Positions 39,591 to 52,403 of a stretch of DNA of 64,000 bases are shown here, one piece after another. Each line of letters opens with the position of its first letter. The first letter of the stretch is position 1. A program made the translations under genes and the position numbers. The notes below the pieces were generated by a model. The model was not told the origin of the DNA. It searched no databases and saw only the letters and a program-made list of their open reading frames with translations. The DNA is from Lama glama (taxonomy: Eukaryota): the NCBI GenBank assembly GCA_028534125.1, contig CM052818.1:14820001-14884000 (forward strand), in the 5' to 3' direction.

Positions 39591-40699
39591 TTCATTCCAT
39601 TGGCTCTGATTTCCTTCTTACTAAATATACTGGGTAAGAAGGGGTTTTGGTTGAAAAATTCACAACTTAAAAATCCTATAGGAACTAGGGAAAAAAACCT
39701 CTCATTTCTCAGGTCCAATATTCTCGTGACTTTAATAAATGCAACACAGAAAGAGTTTAGATATTTACTTCTAAATAGTATGCTCTGACAATATTCATCT
39801 ACTTGTCAATATACCCCTAGTCCCAAATACACCATATACAGAAAAAACTAAGGCAGGGGAAGGCATGAAACTAACAACCTGTCTTTTTTGTTCACCACTA
39901 ATAAATGGATTATGAAGTAGTAGGCCAATAAGTATTTCAGTGACATAAATATTTGATTGATAATTATCCCTGCCAATTCCTCTAGCTTGAGAAACCTCTC
40001 TCTTCAGAATACTTTCCATGAAGGGCTACTGAACTTTCAGGGTCTTCCAAGAACAGCCTGTTTCCTAGAAGGGTCTCATAAGAAACTAATGTTTACCTCA
40101 GGGTCTGACTGAAAGCATACTGGGCTATTATCCTTTGGCAGAGTACCCTGAACTTCAAGAGAGAAAAAAAATGCTTGAGAGTTGGTTTGAGAAGATATTA
40201 GCCCCAGACTTTGGGCACTGTCTTTAATGATGAGCAGACCAGGTCTTCTGGAGAAACTTAAGGTCTTCCTCTATTCTCAACAGAAGGGGCTTGAATAGTG
40301 TTTTCTATACAACTTCACAAAGAATAACAGAAAGGGACTTCATCTCTTTTGCTCCAATGATTCTTCCAATTTTTGTAGTTCAGACATCCATTCCCAGGGA
40401 AACTAACACCATCTGGAACTCTTTCTTTGAAATCTTGAATCTAAACATTCCTGTTCTTCCATATCCTTTGCTTCATATTGTTCTTGTACCTCATCAGGAT
40501 CTGAGTCCCTTGACAGCTCTGCTCTTTAATCAGTCCTCTTCTCTTAGACTTCAACCAATATAGACCTTAACCATTTTCTTTCAAACATTCTCAACTCAAT
40601 GATCTCTATTTAGAGAATTCCATGAGTTAATACAGATAAAGCAAACAAGTTGCGAGATGTCCTCAACAAATAGTAGCTAAAACCACCACCATCACTACC

Positions 40700-42816
40700 A
40701 CTAACATACAAAACATTTTCTTGCTTCTTTGCTATTCTATCAAACCAGTCTGTACATCATACAATTGTGGGCTGCTAAATGTTATTGGGGAAAATCACTA
40801 AACTGGGCAGGCAGATGATGATAAACTCATACTTCCAGCCTTAACTGGCAAGCAGTTCTGTTTCTCTAATCAGTTTTCTGAATTTTGAGACTACTGTAAG
40901 CCTTCTCCAAACTCGTCCTTCACAGAGAAAAAAAAGAAAAGAAAAGAAAAGAAAGAAAGAAAACATCAGAAAGAACTCCAACTTCCAGCCACCAAATCTG
41001 CAAACCTTTCTGCTTTTGTACCTGTCCTTTCCTGCCTTCCTCCTCTGACAGCACCAAGAGAGTCTGGTTTGCTGTAAGGGCCAATGACTCTACATTCTCC
41101 CCCATTCTCTATCATCTTCATTCATATACTTTCAACTTCTCTCTCCACTGGCTCCTTCTCATCAATACTTAAACATATCCCACCTTCTAAAATTCCTCTT
41201 TTCACTCCAGCTACCCTCTTCTCTCTCCTGTTCTTCCCACTCAAACTATTAAAAAATGTTATCTACCTTTGCCATCTCTATTTACTTCCCATTCATCCTT
41301 TGTCATTGTAATCTGGTTTCATTCCTACACTCCACTGAAACTGTTCTTCTCTGTTCTATCAATAACTCCAAAAAACCCTTTTTGGGTCTCATTTCATTTG
41401 ACTTCTCAGTCACCTTGGTACAGTTAATCACTTCCTCCATCTGAAATGCTGTTTTTTAAAAATGCCCACTTTCCTAGATTGCCCACTTCTCTGATTGCTT
41501 CTTTTGAGTATTCTTTGTAGACTCTCTCCACTTTCTCTGTCCATCCTTAAATATGGGGCTCCTCAGAGTTCGGTCAAGGGCCCTATTCTTTTCATACGGT
41601 TAATTAAACAAGGAGGCCATTAGGCAAAGGTGGCTCTAATGCCTTGGTGGCCTACTTAAGCAAACCAAAGTATAAGTGTGTAAATGCCCCAAGATTATGA
41701 AATCTAAACACTAAGGACAACCAATCACAAACAGTTAACTAGGCTTTAAGCTGTAGCCAGTCAAATAATTAACTTTATTTGCTTCTGCACATTCTCTATA
41801 TCTCTTTCCCCTGGCTCCTGTGGCGCTCCTAGGTTGGCTCTCCCCAATTCCAACTGACCTTTGCTCAAATAAATTCTTCAGATTTTTAAATATGCCTCCG
41901 TTTGTCTTTTAACAATGCTCTATATCTTATTCCCTCCAACCCACCCATATGCTAATCCATATTTCATTTTAGATGGCCCTCTTGATTCATACATCAAAAT
42001 TATTTCCTATCCCTTAGGCATTTCACCTCCATAACTGTTTCTGCTGTGTTTTCTCAATGAAGGGCTTCACTATCTATTCAGTTTCCCAAGCCAGAAATCT
42101 GACATCATCCCGACTCTTCCCTCTGTTTCACTCTTCATATTCAATCAACTACCAAACTCAGGTCATTCGTGCTGAAATAGCTCTCAAATCAATTCAGCTG
42201 ACATGCAGGCCATCATTATGTCACGTCTCCTTAAGGGAGTCTGCCAGTTTCCAATCTTGTCTGTTCTAATCCATTCTCCACACAAAGCCAAAGTGCTTCT
42301 TCAAAAATGTGAATTATATCATGCCACTCCTGTGCTTAAATTTTTTGTTTCTTGTCGCCTTTAGGCTAAAGCTCTAAAAACTCCCCAGTATGTCCTTCTC
42401 AGTCTCAATTCTCCACTCCTCTCTCTACAAACAATCTTCAGTCATTCTGAAATTCTGTGAATTCCTAGAGTGCATGCATGCAAGCTGAGCTGAAACACAC
42501 GTTCCTCTCCATTTTCCCTAACCAACTCTGCACTCAACCCTTAAGCCCTTTAACTCAACTTTATGTATCACTTTTAGGAAACCATCTGACACCCCTCCGT
42601 TTGAAGTCCTCTTTAGGTGTTCCCAGACCATTCTTCACTTAACTAGCAATTAAGCGCAGTATTGTCTTGTAATTGCGTATTCCCTAGTTCATTGCTCTAC
42701 GAGATTGTAAAGCCCCCGGAGGGCAGAAATCAGGGGCTTTTAAACTTTCCATCTCAAGGGCCTAAAAGGAGCGTCTGACACACAACACTAGTTCAATGGA
42801 TATCTGTTGAATGAAT
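40700..42816 (+). mobile_element. L2 LINE, interrupted by an LTR, ending at the L2 3' tail
   Basis: caatctgg-like...cactccactgaaactgttc; ccaagccagaaatctgacatcatcc; terminal gatatctgttgaatgaat. Confidence 0.8.
41598..41914 (+). mobile_element. ERV1-class solo LTR
   Basis: ttaattaaacaaggaggccattagg...ggtggctctaatgcc...caaccaatcac...tttgctcaaataaa...cttttaaca; flanks atac / atgc. Confidence 0.7.
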
Positions 42817-42939
42817 TTGAATTTTTTTTTGAATGAAGGCGGCCAGGAGACTACCAGAAAGACGAGGGATTAAAGGGGACAAGTAAAAAAACCCATAAAC
42901 AACAAGTGGGATGGACAGAGTACCTAGCTTTTTCCATAA

Positions 42940-44160
42940 ACTCGGCGTGGGGTCGTCTGCCTCGTCGGAGGCCACGGCGGCTACGGCCCCCGAGGGCGGC
43001 CTCTGGGAGCGCGCGACCCCACACGAGGAAGGACAATAGCTTGGAATTCGGCCTCGTGTTCCGGAGGGATAGGCTCGCGCGAGGCCGGCGAGGCCCGGGG
43101 GATGGGGGCTCCGAGCCCGTCCCAAGGCGAGGAAAGCGCGGCGCCCTCCGCTCTCACCGCCTCCGCCGCCGCCACCACCTCCTCCGACGCCGTCGCCCCG
43201 CCCCGCCCCGGAAGTGACTAGAGGCCCGTCCGGAACCTCTGGGCCCGGCGGCTGCAGCGTCACCAGACCAGCCGGTGCGGGACGGGTGGAGCGGCCGCTG
43301 CCGCCGCTAACGAACCGGGAATCGCGCGGGCCAGCAGCGCGCCGGCTAGGGGAGGAGGCCCAGCGATCGGGCCGAGGGCGACGGGCCGCCGGCGGCCGCA
43401 AGGCGACGACGACGCGGAGGAGGCGGAGCCCGGAGAGGGGTGGGGGCCGGGGAGGGTTAAGGTGGGAGGGGGTTGGGGGCTGTCCCGGGGCCAATGGAGC
43501 CGGCCGAACGGGCTGGCGGCGGAGATCCCCCGGAGCCGGGTGGGCGTCCCGGGCCGGACCCGCGGGGCTTCGTCCCGCAGAAGGAGATCGTCTACAATAA
43601 GCTGCTGCCTTACGCCGAGCGGCTGGACGCCGAGTCCGACTTGCAGCTGGCCCAGATCAAAAGCAACCTGGGCCGGGCAGTGCAGCTCCAAGAGCTGTGG
43701 CCCGGCGGCCTCTTCTGGACCAGAAAACTCTCCACGTAAGTGTGCTCGGGGCCTGCAAGATGGGCCGGAGGTAAAGGCTCGGTGTGACGGCGTCCGCGGG
43801 GGGGGCGGTTCTTTGTCCGTGCCGGACAGCTGGACCCTCAACTCTGCCCGGGTTCGGGCCGATTTTCTCCGTGCAGTAGTCCCACGGTCGCGACCGAAGC
43901 CTGGGAAACAAACACTCAGGCCTTCTCCCTGCCACTTTGCTACGGGATCTTTCTGGCCCTCACTAGCCCTCTACGTCCTCCGCAGCTGATTCTCCCACAG
44001 GTTTCTGGTTGTTGTCTTCCGACATTCCCGGGGAGCGGGAGGGCATTGGTCCCCCAGGAAGACAAGCAGATGAGCGGTCCTCCAAGGGTCCTCGTTGGAC
44101 CTTTGCCCGCGGCGGGAGGCGGTGAGGGGAAGCCGAGAGGATTCGTCTTTGGGCGAGCAG
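42940..44160. promoter_or_regulatory. CpG island / PSME4 promoter, probably bidirectional
   Basis: Abrupt GC- and CpG-rich block in an AT-rich, CpG-depleted window. Tandem GC boxes CCCCGCCCCGCCCC (43196-43209) overlap the ETS/GABPA site CCGGAAGTG (43208-43216). No TATA box. Confidence 0.9.
43494..43735 (+). CDS. PSME4: PSME4 (PA200, proteasome activator complex subunit 4) coding exon 1
   Basis: ATG at 43494 (ccaATGG). Translates [81 protein letters not shown], the recognisable PA200 N-terminus. Ends at donor AC|GTAAGT; 242 nt, phase 2. Confidence 0.97.
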
Positions 44161-47100
44161 CTCTCGACTTTTCCTGATGTTGCCTCTGGTTCTTTCTTTC
44201 CCTACGGTCCCTGCTTCTGTCCCTTAATTCGCATCTAGAAACTTTCTGAATGGGAAGGAAGCCGTAGGGAACTTCCAGGTTCTGCTTTTTGGGGCCTTCT
44301 CTGTCTTTGTGGATTTGATTGAAAAGATTGGTTTAAAGTTAGCTTTCAGCGCATTCTTGGGCTGTGTACTAGACGTTATTGTTGAGAATGTTGAGTCTTA
44401 GAACCTCTGGAAAGTGTATGTTGCTCCTGTTGTGACATTTCCTTTGGGAAAATATACTAAGGAAAATAGAGGAGAGAGCTGTCAGATTGTCCTGGGCGTT
44501 TTTAGTATCGGCTTTCTGTAGATTTTTGAGTTGCTACGATGAATATAAATTACCTAAATCAGTTTCAGTTGTTCTGGTCTTTTGTTTGTTTTCGCATTAA
44601 ACTAGCTGCAAACTGTAGTGCTACTGAAATTAGGGGAAGCCGAGTAAAATGCAGTTAGGGGAAAAGGTTAGAGACTTGTTTGCTAGATGGGCATCTTCAC
44701 TGTGTCAGGAGAACTTTTTGAAAAAAGACTTTTGCTGTATCTCGTTTGGTTAACTATACATAAAATCTGGCAACATTTTATGGTCATGCATGTGGGTACG
44801 GGTCGTTGAACACACAAGACTTAAGTCACTTATCCAGTGTTTACCCAAATCTGCTGAGTGAACTAGGAGATGACTAAGGGTTTTGTAATGCAATAGTCGT
44901 CTCTCCATTTCCTCACAGGATGATTCTTATCTGCCAGTTATTAGGGAGCCTCTGACAAATTTCTCCACTTGGTGGTGGTGGTGGGAATAATTACCATTTT
45001 AATTGAAAAGCAAACCTAAAACACTTAATTTGCCCTTTTCAAAGAATGACCATAAAATGTCAAGGTTAACAGCTCTCTTCTTGGTTAAAGTGTGGTGTTA
45101 GGATCCATGGGAGACTTGGAGAAAAAAGAAATAGAACATAGGGAGAAGAACCAGTTTCAGTAAAAACAGAAGAATGTTTTATAAATGATTAAAATCAGAT
45201 GATTTCTCAAGTGAGCCTCCTAGGTTTTCGAGTTACTTGGGCACTGTAAAACTAAAGTTACTTTGTCAGTTTCAGTGTTTCCTCATTTTAATCACTTGGA
45301 TTAGATTTTCCAGAGAATAACCATTTTGGGGGACACATACGGCTCTTTATAGGTGCACAGTATGTAAATATTACCAATGTGTGAATGCATATCTGGTTTG
45401 GGTTTATGAATCAAGAATCTACAGAGGTATAGTTAAGCACTGTTTTCTGACTTTTTTTGTTACTAAGCTTGGCAACTTAACACCTAGAGATTTATTATTT
45501 TTGGCTTATTAGGTATATTTACCTAGAAAGGGCTAAAAATACAGTGGAGACAGCCCTTGGTATTTAGGACAAGATTGCAGTTACGTGACATAATAACCTA
45601 TGAACCCAAAACCATTTATATCTAAGTAACCAGCAAGAATGCTATCAGATAGAATTTTATTTTGAAACAGTGGTTTAACGCTGCAAAGTGATTCTTGGAA
45701 TTGCGTTATAAGACATTTTGAACTTGGTGGGACATATTGTGATCTTGGGTGTATTTTTTCCTCCTAAGTCATGTTAAGGTGACCTGATTATAGTTGTGCT
45801 TGTTTTTTAAGCCTTGTGTGTGTTGCACAAGTTTACATCTAAATGATGCCAAAACATGTGATGATAGCTGTCGGTTAGTTCAGTAGTGATCTAAATGTAC
45901 TTTGTAAAAGAATGGAAAGCAGTAATGAAAATAAGATCTAATTTTCCCCATTAGCTCTGTGATTGTGGTCAAGTATTCAATCATGTGTTTCAGGGTACCG
46001 GTGAGAGAAATGAGGGATTTGGACTGAATAATTCCTCAGAAGCTTCCCTGCTCTGTTATTTTATGATTTTATTTTTTATCATCTAGAGGCTCAAATAAGC
46101 CAGTGTATATCTTTCTACAAGGACTGTTTGAGCAGGGGGTAAAATACTGGAAATAGTTGCACAGATCAGGTGCATTCCTAAAGAAGACCAGAGTGTAAAT
46201 GCTGCTGTTCAGAGGCACTTGGACTGGATCCCTGACCAGAAGTGTTTGTCCCTAATCTGGGTGTCATAGGACTGAATAGAGTTCTGGTTTAGGAGATACT
46301 CAGGCTCCCCTTTTCTTTTTCTTTTTTACTTTTTACCTCATTTTGGTAGTTATAATTATCTTCCAATCCATCTCAAGACATGCAGGTCTGTTTAGCAGAT
46401 CTCTGTGAAGAAAGGTTATTTCTGTGTATTAAGAATTGGCCCTGTGATACAGTACAAGCTCCCTTAGTTTAAAGTACTGCCTGATCAGGAGAGATTGTGT
46501 GATGTAGTACATCACAAGACCTTAAAGAAGCAAGGAAACAAATCCGACAAGAGAGGCTCAAACCTTGTGGTCTTTGGGAAATGGCAGTCAAGACAGAGTG
46601 AAAGGTGCCAGTAAATGACTGCTATGGCCCATGTAGAGAATGAACGGAACTGAAGACGGACTAATCTTGAAACTTGCCTTTTCTCCCTTGTCCTTCTGGA
46701 TCTCCTGTGAGAGGCCGTGAGGTCTAGTCAGAAGAGGTTTGTCTACCTGGCATTGCCATGAACATTATCATAGGTCTTGCTTAACCTCCCTGTAGCTTTA
46801 GAGTCCTCTTCTGGGGATTGAGAGTGTGAACTACAAATGATTTTTCAAACCTAAAACTTAGTAGTGGATTGTTTCATAAAAGCAAAATCTTAAACACAAA
46901 GTAGGATAATCTCTTTTGTGCTAATTTTTATTTAAAGCAGAATTTTGATTTTAGTGACAATGTGGGTTTGGAGTATTATGAAACAAATTTGGGTGCTTTC
47001 TTTCAGTGAAAATGTTGTATTCTCTACTGTTTTATAATGAAATGACTGTATTATACTAGAATCATATTATTTGCTAATTAAACTATAGCTTCCTGGTTTA

Positions 47101-47689
47101 ATTATTATTGAGAAAGTTATGTAAACTTACTGGATAGGAATTGGATTAAACCACATAATGTATTTAATTTGATTATACCACCACTGGAAACTTAAGTTTA
47201 GTCAAGATATGTGTTAACAAGTATACTTACTTATCTTCTCTTGTGAAAAGTAATATGTGACTACAGGAGCACCCAAATTCATATTTATTATCTCTGTGTT
47301 GGTGAAGAAAGGAGAAAATGCTAACCATTGAATATCAGTTGTCTACTGATAGTGTGTCTATTTGAATATTGACATTGTGAAATACACAATAAATATAAGT
47401 GCTTTTTACTTGTAAAAGAATCTTGAAATCTTGGCAAATTACCACATTTAGCAGTGAGAACCAGTTAGAGGAAGTAGTGGGAAAGGTTTGTCTTTGTTAT
47501 TAAGTAACCACACTCAAAATGGGACCCAAAATTTTGTAGTGAGAAAGTTGATTTTCCATAGAAAAAACAAAGTAATGAATTCAGTGATTTTGGGAGACAT
47601 GAATTTGTCTGATAAAGTTCTATGACAGTATGATAAGGTATCCTTCACTTTTGTTTTTCTGTTTTGTTTTGTTTTGTTTGTTTTTTACT

Positions 47690-48270
47690 TAACAGACTAT
47701 ATTTTAGAGCAGTTTTAGGTTCAGAGCAGAACTGAACAGAAAGGACAAAGTTCTCATATACCCCCTCCCCTGTCCCCCTGACATGCACACATTTGATTTT
47801 TCATAGCAATGCCAAACTCACATATTTTTTTAAAAATGTTTGAGGCCCTTCCCATTTTCCGGGGATGTCTCTTACTCATTCTTTTAAAATTCCTTGTCAG
47901 TTTTCTCTTCAGTAGTTAGCTGGCTATTTCTTGTCAGTCTCTTATGTCATTGTGACTATATGTGTGATTCTGATGTGAACAGTTTTCTAATTTTTTTTTT
48001 TGCTTTAAAACGTTTTTTAATATGGAAAGTATGAAACATACAGGAGAGGGAAGAATAATATAATAATCCTGGGTGTACCCACCACCCATGTTCAACAGTT
48101 ATCAACTCACGGCCAGTCATGTTCCCTTTGCTATCACTCCCTTCAACTATTTTTTTTTTGAAGCATATTCTTCATTCATAAATGTTTCCAATATATATTT
48201 TTAAGGAGAAAGAAAGTAAACAAAACATCGATACCATTATCAAACCTAAAAAAATACTATTTCTTTGATC
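47690..48270 (-). mobile_element. Old L1 3'-end fragments (antisense in PSME4 intron 1)
   Basis: ttttagagcagttttaggttca...gttctcatataccccctcccc; aaacatacagg...tacccaccacc...caacagttatcaac. Confidence 0.65.
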
Positions 48271-49434
48271 AACCTCAAGAAGTTGGATTCTTCGCAGAAT
48301 TTATGATTTTACTTCTGAGTTTCCATTTCATTTGCATTGTTTTGTCTAAGGTTTACTATAAAGAGACCTCATGAACAGATGAAAGAAGCCACTCATTAGT
48401 GAACATTTTCATATTATGACATCTTTCTTTTCCCCTCTTAACTTTGGAGACATATAATCCTAGGGTAACAAAGGCTCCCTTGAATTCTCTCTATTATAAA
48501 ATTGAAGACTCTTAGGTTCATTGATTAATACATAATTTGATGCAAAGTAATAGAGGCAAGAGTCTTCTTTGAACAAATTATTTTGTGAATGCTTTGTATG
48601 GGCAAGGCACTGTTTTTGTCACTTGCGATATGTCAGTGAAAGAATTCTGCCCTCCAGGGAAGTTCCAGAGTGTTCTTTTTCTCTTAGTGCAAATTTCTGT
48701 TCATTTAGGGCAGAGCAAAGCAAGGTAATTCCACCAAGAAATTTGGGGAAAGAAAATATGAATTCTAAGTACATTACTTAAAAAATTTCTTATTCTGACT
48801 AGTATGTTTTAATGCCTTACACTGAGGCACTGAGACAGGCAGTTAGAAAAAAAAAATAGTGAAACAACACCATTCATTTTTCTTCTAAGATCTGAAAGTG
48901 TCACTTAACAACAATTTCCCCAAGTGTTCTTGATTAAGTGTTATAAAATAAAATTATCTTTGAAATACGTGTTCTTAATTGAGGTGAAACAGAGGCAAAT
49001 TCTTAATGTTTATTAAGGGACACTTATTTATTAGTGAGTGAGTGCACAACTTCTAAACCAGTTTTTCTCAATGTAGAACCTGGGAGTTATCTTTTTTCTA
49101 TTAAGTGAGATTCATTTCTAGTGAATCTCCTTCACCACCTCATGTACTTTTTAATAGAAAATTCAAATCCATGTTTCCCTCTAACCTTTGTCGAATATTT
49201 AGACCAAAATCTCATTTGTACTGTGTGAAAAGCAAGCTGAGGACATGGTAATAAAAGCAACAGCAAGCAAACAACAACAAAAACCCTCCGCATTCATTGA
49301 GACCGGCCAGTGGAATGTTAAAAGCAGCACATACTATAAATATTCCCACTTGGAATCCTGAAGTTGGCTCCTTCCATATTCGGCCTCCCCTCAGCATTTC
49401 TTCCCTTGTAGTGCTCTCGCTCGCCCTCCCTCCC

Positions 49435-49456
49435 TCTCTCTCTCTCTCTCTCTCTC
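49435..49456. repeat. (CT)n microsatellite
   Basis: Seen directly. Confidence 0.9.
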
Positions 49457-50399
49457 CATCCCTCATTCATGCTTTCGTATGCTTCATGTGCATGGCTTCT
49501 CTGTGCTGTGAGCTTCCTTGAGGTCTGTGTCTTCCGTGTTTACCTCGCCTTCTTTGTGCCCCCAGCACTGAGGGCAGCAGCATAGATAGTCATAGGTACT
49601 CAGTAATACTAGAGTGAACTTTTTTTGTTATTGGTAAATTAAAGCATTATGCAATTCCAAGGATTTGTTAACTTTTACAGTCAAAATGGAGAAAATGAAC
49701 CTGGGATGAGATCTATTTTAATATTGGGTTCAAAAGGAAGTATGTATTTAACCAAAGAAGTAGAAGAAAGGAGAATCTTGGTTGAGGAAAAGAACGGTGT
49801 GTTTCATACAACAGAGAGGGTACAGGGGAGTGGAATTTAATAAAGTTAATTAGAGAGCAAAGCAGATTATATTGGTTGCATCAGGGAGGTTGAGACTTTC
49901 ACTTAAAAAAAATCTGTAATTATGATACTTAAATATTTCATATTTGTGGGCATCTCAATATTTCTTCTGTATGTTCATTTTTAAGTGTTCGTAGAGAATT
50001 TTCCAAATTGTGGTTTATGACCAAAGGGTTGTATAGTCAGTTTAGTAGGTCTTGACCAGTTTTGGTTTGGTTGGGTTTGTTGAACTAGACTAAAATTATT
50101 AGAATGGATTTGTAAGTAATAAAGGTGAATGATCAGGACCTTTGTTTCAGTTATATATATGTTTATGTGTATCCTGGATTATGTATTTATTACTATGAGT
50201 TGTGGCCAAAAAAATCGAAGGCTACTGATTTTTATAGGCTTCTTTCAGTACTTCAGATGTATAATCCACACCTGTTTATTGAGCTATAAAGATAGAAAGG
50301 ATGGAAACAAAAAGTTGGAATAGTTAAAAAAAAATCAGTAACCCGAGGAATTTTATGAGAGAGCATTCATAGATTGTTAAATGAGTGGTGTAGATACTG

Positions 50400-50590
50400 C
50401 CTACTATTTATTAAGGGCTCAGAATGTGCCAGCACTATGCTAAGGGCTTTATATTCATTTCATGTGATTTTCACAAACAACTCAATTAACTGTAGGTTTG
50501 TTTATTCCAATTTTACCACTGAAGAAATGAGTCTTAGTGATTATGTAACATCCAGTTTGCCTGCTGACCCCAGGTTCTTAACCATGATGT
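50400..50590 (-). mobile_element. MIR SINE
   Basis: tgtgccagcactatgctaagggcttta...ttcacaaacaac...attccaattttaccactgaagaaatgag. Confidence 0.7.
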
Positions 50591-51899
50591 CCAGAATAAG
50601 GAAAGCTCCCTGGACTGTATCACCTGGGAAGACTACCAGGGAAAGAGAATCTGCAGCTGAGCCTTGAGGTAGGATTTGGTTAGGTAAGGAGGAATTTGGA
50701 GAAAGACATTTAATGTGTGGGAACAGAGAGAGAGGAAGTTGATCATACAACTGTTAGTCTACACTCAGAGCATCATATTGAAATAATCAGTTGTCTGTCT
50801 CCCTCTCTAGGCTGCCTGCTCCAGCGCCATTTGTTACTTATTTTTATGTTCCATTGCCTGTTGCCATGTCTGGCTCTTAAAGTGACACTCAGTAAAGCAT
50901 TTTAAGAAATGAATGCCCTTTATCCATGCCTCAAGAGAGACAACTGGGAAAAGAATAAAGGCATCATTAGGTGTTAATAGTGAATGACTTTATTACTCTA
51001 GAAATTGCCATGCCATTTTTAATAAGTCATAAAGAATATAACTATGACATACAGTGTGCTGAAACTCCAGTGTGTTCAACGTGTGGTGGAGGGGAATAAA
51101 GAGATGTAGACCCCAGATCTCCTTGTCCATTTAGAGCCTTCCATCACAAGTACTATGCTTGGTGAAGATGATAGACTTAGTTTTTAGTGAGTTTTGGAAA
51201 CCTACTGTCAATGTTTTAAAGCCAATTTGTTTAATTTGGTCAAATATTTATTGTTAGTTTGAAGGTTGGTTTTTTTTTTAAATAGAACTAGCCCTGATGA
51301 GCTAATTGTAATTATGCACATCACTATATATCTCAAGATATAATTGTACATTCAATCAATTGAAAAAATGTTTCCCAGTATTCTCACCTTGTTTCATTAC
51401 CAGTTAGAGCTGAGGGTTAAATCTATGTGGAGATGTGGTCCCTGTCACCAAGGAGATTTCAGTCATCTGCAGAAATAGAAGAATGTATACATGCGTAACT
51501 ATAGTATGAGATAGAATGTGAAAAATTCTCAAGTTTAGTACAAGCTGTTAAGAAGCAGAGAAGACAAGATAGCACTTTTGGTTGGGAATGAAGATGTTGT
51601 GAAGGGAGGAATCCTTAAAGGATAGATAAGCTTCTAAAGATATGAACAAATAATTCAAAAGAAAATAATGAGAAAACATAGTAGGCAAACCTCTTGTTTT
51701 TTCCCCCCAGGATAATAAAACATAATAACTTTTATTTATCAAGAATATTTTCTTCTCAGGCAGGCAAAAATGCCATTCCAAATACATTTTATACTCAGTG
51801 CTTCAGGCTGAAATTTATTTCTGTAATGAATTTCAACATAAATCCTGTTTGTTAGGTTTTTGTACTCCCTCACCAGTACATCAAACAATTTGAGTTAGG

Positions 51900-52240
51900 A
51901 ATTCATTGTTCAGTATTTGTACACTTGGACAAATATGTAAATGCAAAGATGTCTATTAAATATTGTTCATAATTTTCAAAAAAACAAAAATAACATAAAT
52001 GCCTAAAAATAGAATTGAGTAAATCAGTATTTTAATGGAATACTAGATAGCTGGTAAAAAGAATATGGCCAGTCTATATTTATAGGCATAGAACAATATC
52101 TTGAATGTCTGTTAAATGAAAAAAAAGTAGTGAATGATATCTATAGTATCATTGCATTTATGTTTTTATGAAGTATATACATATGTACATTTGTTTATAA
52201 ATAAAATCTAGAAGGATATATCCCAGCTGTTAACAGTTGT
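51900..52240 (+). mobile_element. L1ME 3' fragment
   Basis: aatggaatactag...gttaaatgaaaaaaaag...tctagaaggatatatcccagctgttaacagt. Confidence 0.65.
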
Positions 52241-52372
52241 AGACAACAGTTCAAATTTGTATGATTGGTGAATCATTTAAATAAGCCTATATTGCTTTCC
52301 TAATAAAATAATAATTTCCCCCCAATAGTATTTTCCTCTCAGGTCTCCAGGATGCAGCTTATAGTTGGTAGG

Positions 52373-52380
<8 letters not shown>

Positions 52381-52402
<22 letters not shown>
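52381..52402. repeat. (GA)n microsatellite
   Basis: Seen directly. Confidence 0.9.

Positions 52403-52403
<1 letters not shown>

Noticed and set aside
43473..43493. TTG-initiated N-terminal extension of PSME4 in the ORF track
   Set aside because: The known protein starts MEPAER, and an in-frame TAA at 43458-43460 rules out any long extension.
42793..43989. Several long overlapping ORFs (233, 193, 175 and 128 aa) on both strands
   Set aside because: Expected from stop-codon scarcity in a GC-rich island. They are low-complexity Arg/Gly/Pro translations; only the PSME4 frame is recognisable.
45840..45940. Possible intronic C/D box snoRNA (gtgatga)
   Set aside because: No suitably placed CTGA D box or terminal stem.
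46498..46516. Perfect palindrome tgtgatgta-g-tacatcaca
   Set aside because: A 9-bp-arm inverted repeat is expected by chance in 64 kb, and there is no supporting context.
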